Source: Verrucomicrobiota bacterium (GTDB lineage: Bacteria > Verrucomicrobiota > Verrucomicrobiia > Limisphaerales > UBA9464). Taken from it: a DNA stretch of 43,630 bases. The notes below the pieces were generated by a model. That model had not been told where the DNA came from. It saw nothing but the letters and a program-made list of their open reading frames with translations, and did not search any database. The position numbers and the translations under genes are program-made. Shown in pieces: positions 31,201 through 39,856 of this stretch (position 1 is its first letter; each line of letters starts with the position of its first letter). Location: the NCBI GenBank assembly GCA_041688515.1, contig JBDNHZ010000078.1, positions 1 to 43,630 of the forward strand, read 5' to 3'.

Positions 31201-31860
31201 CGACCAGACGCTGTTGGTCTGTGCGTTTCACACCAATGCTGTGTTGGGCCTACTTTGCTCGCGCTGCCATGAGGAGTGGGCGCTTTTCTTTGCCGCGCGC
31301 ATGAAGGATGACCCGCGCTACAACGTTGATGAAAGTTTCAAGCCGTTCCCGTTCCCCGCCGGGTTCGAGACGAACGCGGCGCTGGAGGCGGCGGGGCGGG
31401 AGTATTACGAGTTCCGCGCCGCGTTGATGGTGCGGAACCACGAGGGCCTGACCAAAACTTACAACCGCTTCCACGACCCCGAGGAAGCCAGCCCGGACCT
31501 CCACCAACTCCGCACCTTGCACGCGCAGATGGACGCCGCCGTCCTCACCGCCTACGGCTGGACCGACCTGCTCCCCCAATGCCGCTGCGAGTTCCTGCTC
31601 GATTACGAGGACGAGGAGACCGAATCCGGCGCGGAGACCTCCACGGGTCGCAAAAAGAAAAAGCCTTGGCGCTACCGCTGGCCGACGAAGTCCGCGATGA
31701 AGTCCTTGCCCGCCTGCTCAAGCTCAACGCCGAGCGAGCCGAGGAGGAGCGTCTTCAAGGACTTGGAGCGCCGGGAATTGGGGGTGACGCTGTCTCGTCG
31801 AAGCCCAGGGAGCACACGAAGCCCAAGCCGGGCGACGATGAACCCACGTTGAACCTTTGA
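28258..31860 (+). pseudogene. drmMI: DISARM class I adenine methyltransferase DrmMI, disrupted
   Basis: HLAWLGYVQPEGLVVS, LDVEEIGSVY, GSHYTPR, motif I-like CDIAVGSAAFL, LYGVD.NP, IRCGDSLVG, NADLVAHFFRR, GLTKTYNRFHDP, WRYRWP/DEVRDEVLARLL. Frameshifts at about 28968 and 31683; the NPP(F/Y) region is missing at about 30312. Confidence 0.85.
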
Positions 31861-31943
31861 ATCGCCGGGCTCGGCCGTAGGGATGGCTGGCTAAATTATT
31901 TTTCGATGAAACAGGATTCACAACAAGGCAGCATGGAGGACAG

Positions 31944-32273
31944 ATGTTACGCAGCCCGACCATCAGCGGGATTCCCCCGTTTCGCCATCAGACGCTGAAA
32001 TTGGGGGACCGGCTGAACCTGATCACTGGAGACAATGGAGTTGGGAAAAACTTCCACCTGGGGCCCGGGCATGTGCAGCCTTCCCTTCATCCTTTTCCTG
32101 ACGGAGGGAATCGAGGGCTATGCGCTCCGATTCGGCACAACGTAGGCCTTGAGATGAATCACCCAGCCTGTGGGCGGCCTCAGATGTTCCTGGAAAAACA
32201 ACTGCCGCAGGACGCAACTTTCAGTGCATTGACTCTTAGAGGACAATGGACGGATGGGACTGACAATCGATGA
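31944..32273 (+). pseudogene. N-terminal remnant of an AAA/ABC-type (AAA_15/AAA_21-like) ATPase
   Basis: RBS GGAGGA at 31935-31940; LGDRLNLITGDNGVGK Walker A. Similarity is lost immediately afterwards and there is no Walker B. Confidence 0.65.
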
Positions 32274-33286
32274 GTGCGGATATGGACTACATCTTTCTCA
32301 AGTTTGGGAAAGGCAACGCCGAGGCGAGCAGCCTCAGCGGAAGGCGCCCGACGGCCAGGATTTACTTCGATGATCATAATGATTCGGAATATAGGCAGGG
32401 CAAACTTGCCAAAGCCCAGCCGCAGCACTTTTGGAGTCGTGGACAGACCAAAGCGTCCCGCCAGAAGACGGTGATGGTGGTGATCCATCAAGGCACGGTC
32501 TGGCTGGTCCAGCCTGCGGGCGAAGTCGCTTTCGGCAAGCGACGTGAAATCGAGAACGAGGTGTGGGTCACGCCGAAGACGATGCCGGTCCGGGTATTGG
32601 CAAAGGCCCCCAGCAAAGAGGTTCCGCCGGTGCTGGCAAGGATCGCCAGCAGTCAGGCGCATGGACGGCGTACATTCACGCGTGTCGAGCATTGGGGAAA
32701 CCGGAAGGCGATCAACTGGACCCTCGTGAACTTTGAACGAAAGAAGTCCCGGAAGTGGGTGCCCACGGGAACGGAACCTGACTCCGAGCGTGCCGAACAC
32801 TGGCGGCGCTTGAATAAAAAAGGAAAACCCAACCAAGGGCCGGCGCAGTTGTTGGAGTGTCTAGGCAGCACTGAGATGGAAACCCTGGTGGCCCGGTTGC
32901 TGGAGTCGGCGGGTTGCCATGTCCCTGCCCATCGCGGAGGCACGTTGGGCGAGATCGATCTGTTCGCATGGAATGACACCAAGAAACCCATCGACCTGGG
33001 CGGCCTGGAGATCCCGGCGGGTGAGCGGGTTTCGATTCAGGTGAAGACGTGGGCGGATGGGCGAAGACGTTCGAAGGCCGTGGACTATTTGATCGGCATC
33101 GGCGTTAAAGGTTCGAGAGCATTGGACCAACGGTGGTTGCTGGACCAAGTCCGCAAATCCGTTGGCGTTCGTAAATGGCTGGTGCGTTCGCTGCATTGGC
33201 TGCCCCGGTGGCTCCTTGCGCTGCCGGAGATCCGGTTGGTCGAAGATCCGGCGGCTGATTTCCCTATCTATCCAGTATTGAAATGA
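32270..33286 (+). CDS. Putative Mrr-like PD-(D/E)XK endonuclease with unassigned N-terminal domain
   Basis: Uninterrupted 338 aa. C-terminal L...EMETLVARLL...G......GGTLGEIDL.A...SIQVK matches the Mrr_cat E...D...Q.K pattern. Confidence 0.65.
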   Translation: MSADMDYIFLKFGKGNAEASSLSGRRPTARIYFDDHNDSEYRQGKLAKAQPQHFWSRGQTKASRQKTVMVVIHQGTVWLVQPAGEVAFGKRREIENEVWVTPKTMPVRVLAKAPSKEVPPVLARIASSQAHGRRTFTRVEHWGNRKAINWTLVNFERKKSRKWVPTGTEPDSERAEHWRRLNKKGKPNQGPAQLLECLGSTEMETLVARLLESAGCHVPAHRGGTLGEIDLFAWNDTKKPIDLGGLEIPAGERVSIQVKTWADGRRRSKAVDYLIGIGVKGSRALDQRWLLDQVRKSVGVRKWLVRSLHWLPRWLLALPEIRLVEDPAADFPIYPVLK

Positions 33287-35079
33287 AGCCCGATACACTA
33301 ACTCCCAAAGAAATATTCAGTCCCAACCGGCGCCTGTTGGTCCCCCTGTTCCAACGTCCCTACGTATGGAATCAGGAAGATCAGTTGGAGCCGTTGTGGT
33401 CCGACATTGTCAATGTCGCGGACCGACAGTTGCAGGGCGATGTCGTGAAGCCGCATTTCCTTGGAGCGATGGTGCTGGAGGCAATCGAGACCGATACCGG
33501 CGACGAGTTGGACAAATGGTTGGTGATTGATGGCCAGCAACGGATGACGACCCTCCAGATCGCGTTGGAGGCGCTATGCGATCTTTGTGGAGAGCTTGGG
33601 CAAGACAAACACCACAAGCTTCTGTTGAAGGTAACCCGCAACGACGAGGAGGCCTGCAACGACGAGGATGAGCGTTTCAAACTTTGGCCGACCACGGTCG
33701 ATCAAAAACATTTTCGGACGGTTATGACCTGTCGATCCCCGAAAGAGTTGAAGACGGCATACGGTCGGAAACCGGAGGATGTTCGGATCAAGCAATCCCT
33801 TGGGGACTGCTACCTCTATTTCCATCAGGCGATGACGGAGTGGATCCGGCCCACTGACGACGGTTTCGAAAAGCGAGTCGAAGCCTTGTCATTGACCATG
33901 CGCGACAAACTGCGCCTGGTGGTGATTGATCTCAAGGAAGAGGATGACGCTCAGGTCATCTTCGAGACGCTCAACGCTCGTGGCACTCCTCTGTTGCCAG
34001 CCGATCTGGTAAAGAATTTCCTGTTCTACCGTGCACGACTTGAAAGGCAGAACGTCGACGAGCTTTACGAGAAGTATTGGCGAGGTTTTGACGAGGACGA
34101 TGCCTATTGGCGCAAGGATATTGGCCGTGGGCACACCGCGCGCGCACGGATCGACTGGTTTCTTCAAAACTATCTCTCGGCCCGGATTCAGGACGAAGTA
34201 TCGACCAGTCATCTTTACACGGCGTTCCGGGATTTTTCAAAGAGTAACGGTACTACCGTGGCGCGGTTGGCCGATCTGCATCGCTACGCAAAGGTATATC
34301 GTGGCTTTGACGAGCATCCGAAGGGCAGTCGGGCAGCCGTCTTCTTCGAACGCATACGGTCGATGGACATACTGTCGGTCTTTCCCTGCGCACTGGAGTT
34401 GTTTGCCGCACATGGTGATAAACCGGACGAGATTGCGAAGGTCCTGGTGGACATCGAGTCGTTTCTGGTGCGGAGGATGGTGTGCGGATTGAATACGCGG
34501 GGCTACAACCGGTTTTTCGTGGATCTGTTGAAACAGATCCCGGGGGATGGCGATGTCGCTGCGCGAGTTCAGTCATTCCTCAAAGGATTTTCGTCGGATA
34601 GCAATCGTTGGCCGGACAACGACGAGTTTCGAAAGGCATGGGTGACCAAGCCGATATACGACATGCTTGTACAGGGCAGGATTCGCATGTTGCTTGAAGC
34701 ACTCGAGCAGGGGCTCCGCGAGGCAAAGACGGAGGCCATATCCTTCAATGCAAAACTGCAAATCGAACACTTGATGCCCCGGGCGTGGCAGCAACACTGG
34801 CCACTGCCGATCGGTGTACCTGTCGATCGAGCGAAGGAAAGCCGGGAGCATCTATTGCACACCATCGGCAATCTAACGTTACTCAACGACAGGCTGAACC
34901 CGTCGATTTCAAACGGAAATTGGGACTCAAAACTAAAGGCGATTCTCGCGCACAGCGCGCTCAATCTAAACCGGCAATTGAAACAAACCTGGTCGGAGGA
35001 TGCGATTCGAGTCCGATCGGAGACGCTCTTCGCAGCCGCCACGGCGATCTGGCAGTACCCGTCGGGCGCGCTTCGATAG
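33283..35079 (+). CDS. GmrSD-like DUF262-DUF1524 protein (type IV restriction family)
   Basis: Uninterrupted 598 aa. VPLFQRPYVW, HFLGAMV, IDGQQRMTT, IFETLNARG.PL (DUF262); IEHLMP...IGNLTLL...N.SISN (DUF1524 HNH). Confidence 0.9.
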   Translation: MKPDTLTPKEIFSPNRRLLVPLFQRPYVWNQEDQLEPLWSDIVNVADRQLQGDVVKPHFLGAMVLEAIETDTGDELDKWLVIDGQQRMTTLQIALEALCDLCGELGQDKHHKLLLKVTRNDEEACNDEDERFKLWPTTVDQKHFRTVMTCRSPKELKTAYGRKPEDVRIKQSLGDCYLYFHQAMTEWIRPTDDGFEKRVEALSLTMRDKLRLVVIDLKEEDDAQVIFETLNARGTPLLPADLVKNFLFYRARLERQNVDELYEKYWRGFDEDDAYWRKDIGRGHTARARIDWFLQNYLSARIQDEVSTSHLYTAFRDFSKSNGTTVARLADLHRYAKVYRGFDEHPKGSRAAVFFERIRSMDILSVFPCALELFAAHGDKPDEIAKVLVDIESFLVRRMVCGLNTRGYNRFFVDLLKQIPGDGDVAARVQSFLKGFSSDSNRWPDNDEFRKAWVTKPIYDMLVQGRIRMLLEALEQGLREAKTEAISFNAKLQIEHLMPRAWQQHWPLPIGVPVDRAKESREHLLHTIGNLTLLNDRLNPSISNGNWDSKLKAILAHSALNLNRQLKQTWSEDAIRVRSETLFAAATAIWQYPSGALR

Positions 35080-35097
35080 CAGGTTCGGCTTCCAAAC

Positions 35098-35180
35098 ATG
35101 AGCACGTCTACAGTCCAGACTAGGGATGCTTTTCGACTCGCGCTAGTCGGGCCTTGGGCCGGGTACCCTTGCGAGCGAGG
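35098..35180 (+). pseudogene. drmA: Probable N-terminal stub of DISARM helicase DrmA
   Basis: MSTSTVQTRDAFRLALVGPWAG resembles the DrmA N-terminal LRLDLVGP motif (recalled, not searched) and sits at the expected position. No helicase motifs follow. Confidence 0.4.
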
Positions 35181-35443
35181 ATGTGCGCGAGGCAACTCGC
35201 ACGGGCAATCGCGCGATGCCGCGCCAAGCTCGGTCCGGAGATCCGCAGGGGATCAGCGCGACTCCTGTTCGGGGATTAAGCAATTTGGGTTGGGCTATCG
35301 GAAAGGGGTTTGCCCGACCCTTCGACTGGCCATGCGCTGGGCACCTTGTTTTGCCGGCGTTGGGTCAGAAGCAAGCTCAAGACAAAGGCGTCTCGCTCAA
35401 TTGATCCCTGTTGAAAGGGTCATGGGCTCTAACCTCCGTCAGA

Positions 35444-36120
35444 ATGCGCGTCCTCATTACCGAAATCCTTTCCAGGAGCGAGCAGGGGGCCACGCTTCCC
35501 TTCCGCTGCCGGGGCGACGACGGCGAGTTGTACTTCGTTAAGGGAAACTTTGCTGGGAGGCGATCGATGTGTTGCGGATGGGTCGCGGGCCGCTTGGCGA
35601 AGCTGATCGGATTGCCAAGCCCGGAGATTCGCATCGGCGAGGTTCCCTCCGACCTCATCACGGGCAGTTCACGGCCGGACGTGGCACACTTGGGTGTGGG
35701 GCCAGTGTTCGCGTCTCGCATCATCGAGGGCGCCCAGGAGGTGACGATGGTGGACATCGCGAGAGTGCCTGTCGACGTGCAGCGGCTCGTGCTCCTGTTC
35801 GACTCCTGGGTTCACAACGAGGATCGATTCCCGACGGAGTTCGGCAGAATCCCGAATCTGGTCTGGTCGCAGGCGGCAGGCGGTTTGGTGACGTTCGACC
35901 TGAATCTGGCATTCGACCCCGAGCCGAACCCGGTACGCTTCTGGGAGACGCACACGTTCCGCTCTGCGGCGGCGGGATGGGATCCCGGCTCCCGAACCGC
36001 GGTAGAGACCAAGCTGGGCAATGCCTTGTCGAGGCTGGATGACCTATGGCCGGAACTACCAGCCAGTTGGCTATTCCAGGAAGGGGAAGGCGCGGGTTCC
36101 GCGGCACCGGAATCGGCATC
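35444..36120 (+). pseudogene. HipA-like kinase (HipA_2 type), C-terminally fused to the drmC remnant
   Basis: SEQGATLPF.C..DDG..YFVKG, LLFDSWVHNEDR, PNLVW, FDLNLAFD. No stop codon of its own. Several normally conserved residues look substituted. Confidence 0.75.
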
Positions 36121-36571
36121 CGCGTTGATTGCTGGCGAGCATGGCGCAATAGTCGCGGCGTGGCTGGCAACCCTGGAAAATACAGCTTTCTCCCCCGCGC
36201 AGTCGGCGCGACTCCTTCTGGCCGTCGTCAACGGGCGACACCGTGACCGGAGCTTGGTCCCGGACCTGATGCTCTCAGGTCCTGATGTCCCCGGAGTGCC
36301 AACCGCCGACACGTATGCAGTCGTCCAATCGCTCTTTCAGGAAGCCCAGAACGAGATCGTTCTGGCCGGGTACGCCTTCCACATCGGCAAGCTCCTCTTC
36401 GAACGCCTTGCCGAACAGAAGCGGCGGCGGCCCGGGGGAAAAAAATGCTCTTCCACGTCGATGTCCCCCAACGGGCTTGAGACAGGCGAAACTGGTACAG
36501 CGGTTGCCGGAGTGCGCCGCTCCCTAGTGGGGCGCGACCGCACCACCCACGCTACCCCCAACTCCGCCTAG
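36121..36571 (+). pseudogene. drmC: DISARM phospholipase D-like nuclease DrmC, internal remnant
   Basis: FSPAQ...LMLSGPDVPGVPTADT.AVVQSLF.EA..EIVLAGYAF..GK.LF..LA. Frameshift at the G5A7 run (36434-36445), then LFHVDVP and a stop. No HKD/HAK motif. Confidence 0.7.
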
Positions 36572-37557
36572 GCTCCGACCCAGGTCAGTCCGCCCACCAG
36601 CGCCGCGAGGATCCACAGGACGACGACGGCTCCGGTCTTGCCGAGTCGGGTGCGGGCGAGGCGATGGGAAAGATGGTTGGTGTCGCCGATCCAGAAGGGC
36701 TTTCCGTTGAGGGTGCGATGCAGCGTGACCTGGGCGACGTCGAGGAGCGGGATGGCGAGGACGAGCAGGGGATTCAGGACGGCGAGACGGTTGGGGGCGT
36801 CGTGGCGCTCGGCGTAGAAGTGCGGAAGGATGCTCAGGATGGCGATCAGGAATCCGACGAGGTGACTGCCGGCATCGCCGAGGAAGACGGAGGCGCGGGG
36901 AAAATTGAAGGGGAGATAGCCGAGCAGGACCCCCAGAAGGACGAAGCCAAAGGCGGCGACAAGGTACTGACCATGACGGGCGGCGAAGCTGGCGAGGTAG
37001 AAGGCCGCAATGGCCGCCAGTCCGGCACAGAGCCCGTTCATGTTGTCGCTCAGATTCAGTGCGTTGGTGACGGTCAGGATCCAGAGGATCGTGACCGCGT
37101 AAGAGAAGACGACGCTGGGAATGAACAGGGTGATCCGGACTCCCGCGGCGGCCACCGAGAACGCGATGAGGAACTGAACCCCGAACTTTACCGCGGCCTT
37201 GAGTTCGTAACGGTCGTCGAGGGTGCCGAGGGCCAGCATCCCGGCAGCTCCCAGGACGATGGCGATCAATTGCGGGGCACGCTTTCCGAGTCCGTAGGCG
37301 ATTCGTTCCAGCGAGGTGGGTTCGATCCACCGGGCTGCGATCGCGAGGCATCCGCCGGCCAACACCAGCGTGAGGCCGGTGAACACCGCCCAGCCACCTG
37401 CCAGTGGGATCGGGGTGGAATGGATCTTCCGATGACCGGGATCATCGACCCAGTTCCATCGCTGGCAGAGGTGTCGCCAGAACGGGACGGAAAGGCCGGT
37501 GGCCACCAGCGCGCCCAGGAGGGCGAGCAGGTAAACGTTGTTGGGGAAGAGGGGCAC
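36568..37557 (-). CDS. MraY/WecA-family undecaprenyl-phosphate GlcNAc-1-phosphate transferase-like protein
   Basis: D.PGHRKIH..PIPLAGG, LDDR, NALNLSDNMNGL, FLGDAGS, HLSHRL; multiple hydrophobic segments. Confidence 0.9.
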   Translation of the reverse strand: MPLFPNNVYLLALLGALVATGLSVPFWRHLCQRWNWVDDPGHRKIHSTPIPLAGGWAVFTGLTLVLAGGCLAIAARWIEPTSLERIAYGLGKRAPQLIAIVLGAAGMLALGTLDDRYELKAAVKFGVQFLIAFSVAAAGVRITLFIPSVVFSYAVTILWILTVTNALNLSDNMNGLCAGLAAIAAFYLASFAARHGQYLVAAFGFVLLGVLLGYLPFNFPRASVFLGDAGSHLVGFLIAILSILPHFYAERHDAPNRLAVLNPLLVLAIPLLDVAQVTLHRTLNGKPFWIGDTNHLSHRLARTRLGKTGAVVVLWILAALVGGLTWVGA

Positions 37558-37560
37558 CGG

Positions 37561-38535
37561 CTAAAGGAGCTTGAGCCGGGGCAGATCCTGGCTGTCGACC
37601 AGTCCGACGGGTTCCCGCCGGGCGTTGACCACGATGAGGTCGTCGATGTTGCGCTCGTTGAAAATGCGCACGGCTTCGATGGCGAGCGCGGTGTCACGGA
37701 TGCAGATCGGCTTGCGGGTCATCACCTCGCGCAGGGTCCGTGAGAGGATGTGGTCATCGACGGACATCCGCCGTCGGAGATCCCCGTCCGTGAAGACTCC
37801 GACGAGGCGACCGGTGCGATTGACGACCGAGACCGATCCTGCCTTGGCCTGGGTCATGGCGAGCAGGGCATCCTTCACCGGGAGGGTGTCGGCAGCGACC
37901 GGGTTCCTTTGGCCCTGTCGCATCAGATCGGCGACGCGGAGGAGCAGGGCACGACCGATGGCTCCAGAAGGATGACGTTGGGCAAAATCGCGTTGCTTGA
38001 AACCACGGGCGTCGAGGATCGCCATGGCGAGGGCGTCGCCCAGGACCAGGGTGGCCGTGGTGCTGGAGGTGGGGGCGAGATTGAAGGGACAGGCTTCGCG
38101 GGGAACCGCGATGTTGAGCACCACATCGCTGTGCTTGGCCAGGGACGATGCCGCCACGCCGGTGAAAGCGATGATCCGGACTGAAAACCGGCGGAGCGCC
38201 GGGATCAGGTTCAGCAGTTCATCCGATTCGCCCGAGTAAGACAGGGCGAGGATCACGTCCCCGTCATGGACAATTCCGAGGTCACCGTGGAGCGCATCCA
38301 CCGCGTCCAGGACCACCGCAGTAGAACCGGTGGAACTCAGGGTGGCGGCGATCTTGCGTCCGACGAGGCCGGACTTGCCGATGCCGACGACGACGATTTT
38401 CTGACGGGCGGTGAGGGCGGCGACGGCGAGATCGACCGCCTGGTTGAAGGAGTCGTCGAGTTGGCGCTCGACGGCCTTCAGCGCTGCGAGTTCCACCCGG
38501 AAGACCTCGCGGGCACGTTGGAGGTGCGAGGGCAC
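37561..38535 (-). CDS. kdsD: Arabinose-5-phosphate isomerase (KpsF/GutQ; SIS + 2 CBS domains)
   Basis: GIGKSG.VG.KIAAT.SSTG, HGDLG, SYSGES, EACP.NLAPTSST, HP.GAIG, FTDGDLRR. Confidence 0.93.
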   Translation of the reverse strand: MPSHLQRAREVFRVELAALKAVERQLDDSFNQAVDLAVAALTARQKIVVVGIGKSGLVGRKIAATLSSTGSTAVVLDAVDALHGDLGIVHDGDVILALSYSGESDELLNLIPALRRFSVRIIAFTGVAASSLAKHSDVVLNIAVPREACPFNLAPTSSTTATLVLGDALAMAILDARGFKQRDFAQRHPSGAIGRALLLRVADLMRQGQRNPVAADTLPVKDALLAMTQAKAGSVSVVNRTGRLVGVFTDGDLRRRMSVDDHILSRTLREVMTRKPICIRDTALAIEAVRIFNERNIDDLIVVNARREPVGLVDSQDLPRLKLL

Positions 38536-38539
38536 GGGT

Positions 38540-39757
38540 TCATCCGATGAAGGCGTGGTGGATCGCCTTGAGGGCGCGATCTCCGTCCTGGAGATGGATG
38601 ACCACGGAGATCTTGATTTCCGAGGTGGAGATCATGCCGATGTTGATTCCTTCGAGGGCGAGGGTTTCGAACATCCGCGCGGCGACGCCCGAGTGGCTGC
38701 GCATGCCGACGCCGACGATGGACAGTTTGCTGATGTTTTCGTCGAGCGAAACGCTGGTGAAGCCCAGTTCCGATCGGAGTCCCTCGATCACCTTCGACGC
38801 CTTGAGCAGGTCGGGTTTGTCGAGGGTGAAGGAGATATCCGTGACTCGGACGCCGCTGGCGTGGCTGACGTTCTGGACGATCATGTCGACATTGATCGTG
38901 GCCTCGGAGAGGGCCTTGAAGATGCGGGCGGCGCGGCCGGGTTGGTCAGGGACGCCTTCGACGGTGATCTTGGCCTGATGCTTGTCGATCGAGACGCCGC
39001 GGACGACGACGTCTTCCATGCTCTTGGTTTCCTCTTTCACGATGGTACCGGGATTCTCGTTCAGGCTGGATCGGACTTCGAAGACGACGTTGAATTTCTT
39101 GGCAAACTCCACCGACCGCAACTGCATCACCTTGGTGCCGGCACCGGCCAGTTCGAGCATCTCGTCATAGGAGATCTCCGGCAGTTTGTGGGCGGTGGGG
39201 ACGATGCGGGGATCGGCGGTGTAGACGCCATCGACATCGGTGTAAATCTGGCAGAGATCCGCCTTCAGTGCGGCGGCGAGGGCAATGGCGGTCAGGTCTG
39301 AACCGCCGCGACCGAGCGTGGTGATCTGGCCTTCCTCGGTCTGGCCCTGGAATCCGGCGACGATCACCACATTGCCTGCGTCGAGCAGTCGATGGACTCC
39401 GGCCGGGGTGATGTTCTGGATCTTGGCCTTGGTATGGACCCCATCGGTGACAATGCCGGCCTGGGCTCCGGTCAGGGAGACGGCGGGGATGCCCGCGGCG
39501 TGGAGCGCGATGGCGGTCAGGGCGATGGTCTGCTGTTCGCCGGTGGCGAGGAGCATGTCCATCTCGCGTTCCGAGGGCAGGGGCGTGATCTCCTTGGAGA
39601 GCTTGATGAGTCCGTCGGTGACGCCGGACATGGCGGAGACCACGACGACGATCTGGTCGCCGTCGGCGCGCGATTTCGCGACGCGTCGGGCGACGTTTTT
39701 GATGCGCTCGGTATTGCCGACCGAGGTTCCACCGTACTTCTGGACGATCAGTGCCAT
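38540..39757 (-). CDS. lysC: Aspartate kinase
   Basis: VQKYGGTSV, VVVSAM, TTLGRGGSD, YTDVDGVYTADP, two ACT domains, STSEIKIS. Confidence 0.97.
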   Translation of the reverse strand: MALIVQKYGGTSVGNTERIKNVARRVAKSRADGDQIVVVVSAMSGVTDGLIKLSKEITPLPSEREMDMLLATGEQQTIALTAIALHAAGIPAVSLTGAQAGIVTDGVHTKAKIQNITPAGVHRLLDAGNVVIVAGFQGQTEEGQITTLGRGGSDLTAIALAAALKADLCQIYTDVDGVYTADPRIVPTAHKLPEISYDEMLELAGAGTKVMQLRSVEFAKKFNVVFEVRSSLNENPGTIVKEETKSMEDVVVRGVSIDKHQAKITVEGVPDQPGRAARIFKALSEATINVDMIVQNVSHASGVRVTDISFTLDKPDLLKASKVIEGLRSELGFTSVSLDENISKLSIVGVGMRSHSGVAARMFETLALEGINIGMISTSEIKISVVIHLQDGDRALKAIHHAFIG

Positions 39758-39856
39758 TGCGTTAGCCCGGGGTTTCTGCCGGAAAGGAGGGGTTCGGACA
39801 AAGCAAAAGTTTGAAACCCTTTGCCGCCCGACCGGGGATCAGGTTCAGTTTTGCGC

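Noticed and set aside
35183-35541. ORFs 35183-35404 and the tail of 35098-35541 as real genes
   Set aside because: There are no recognisable motifs beyond the first ~27 codons from 35098. They are probably deletion debris.
36434-36445. G5A7 tract as a phase-variation or slippage switch
   Set aside because: The shifted frame stops after about 11 codons and the catalytic PLD motif is absent, so no functional product could be restored.
23600-36600. Island as an integrative element or prophage with att sites
   Set aside because: No integrase, transposase, tRNA or phage genes are present, and no flanking direct repeats were recognised by eye.
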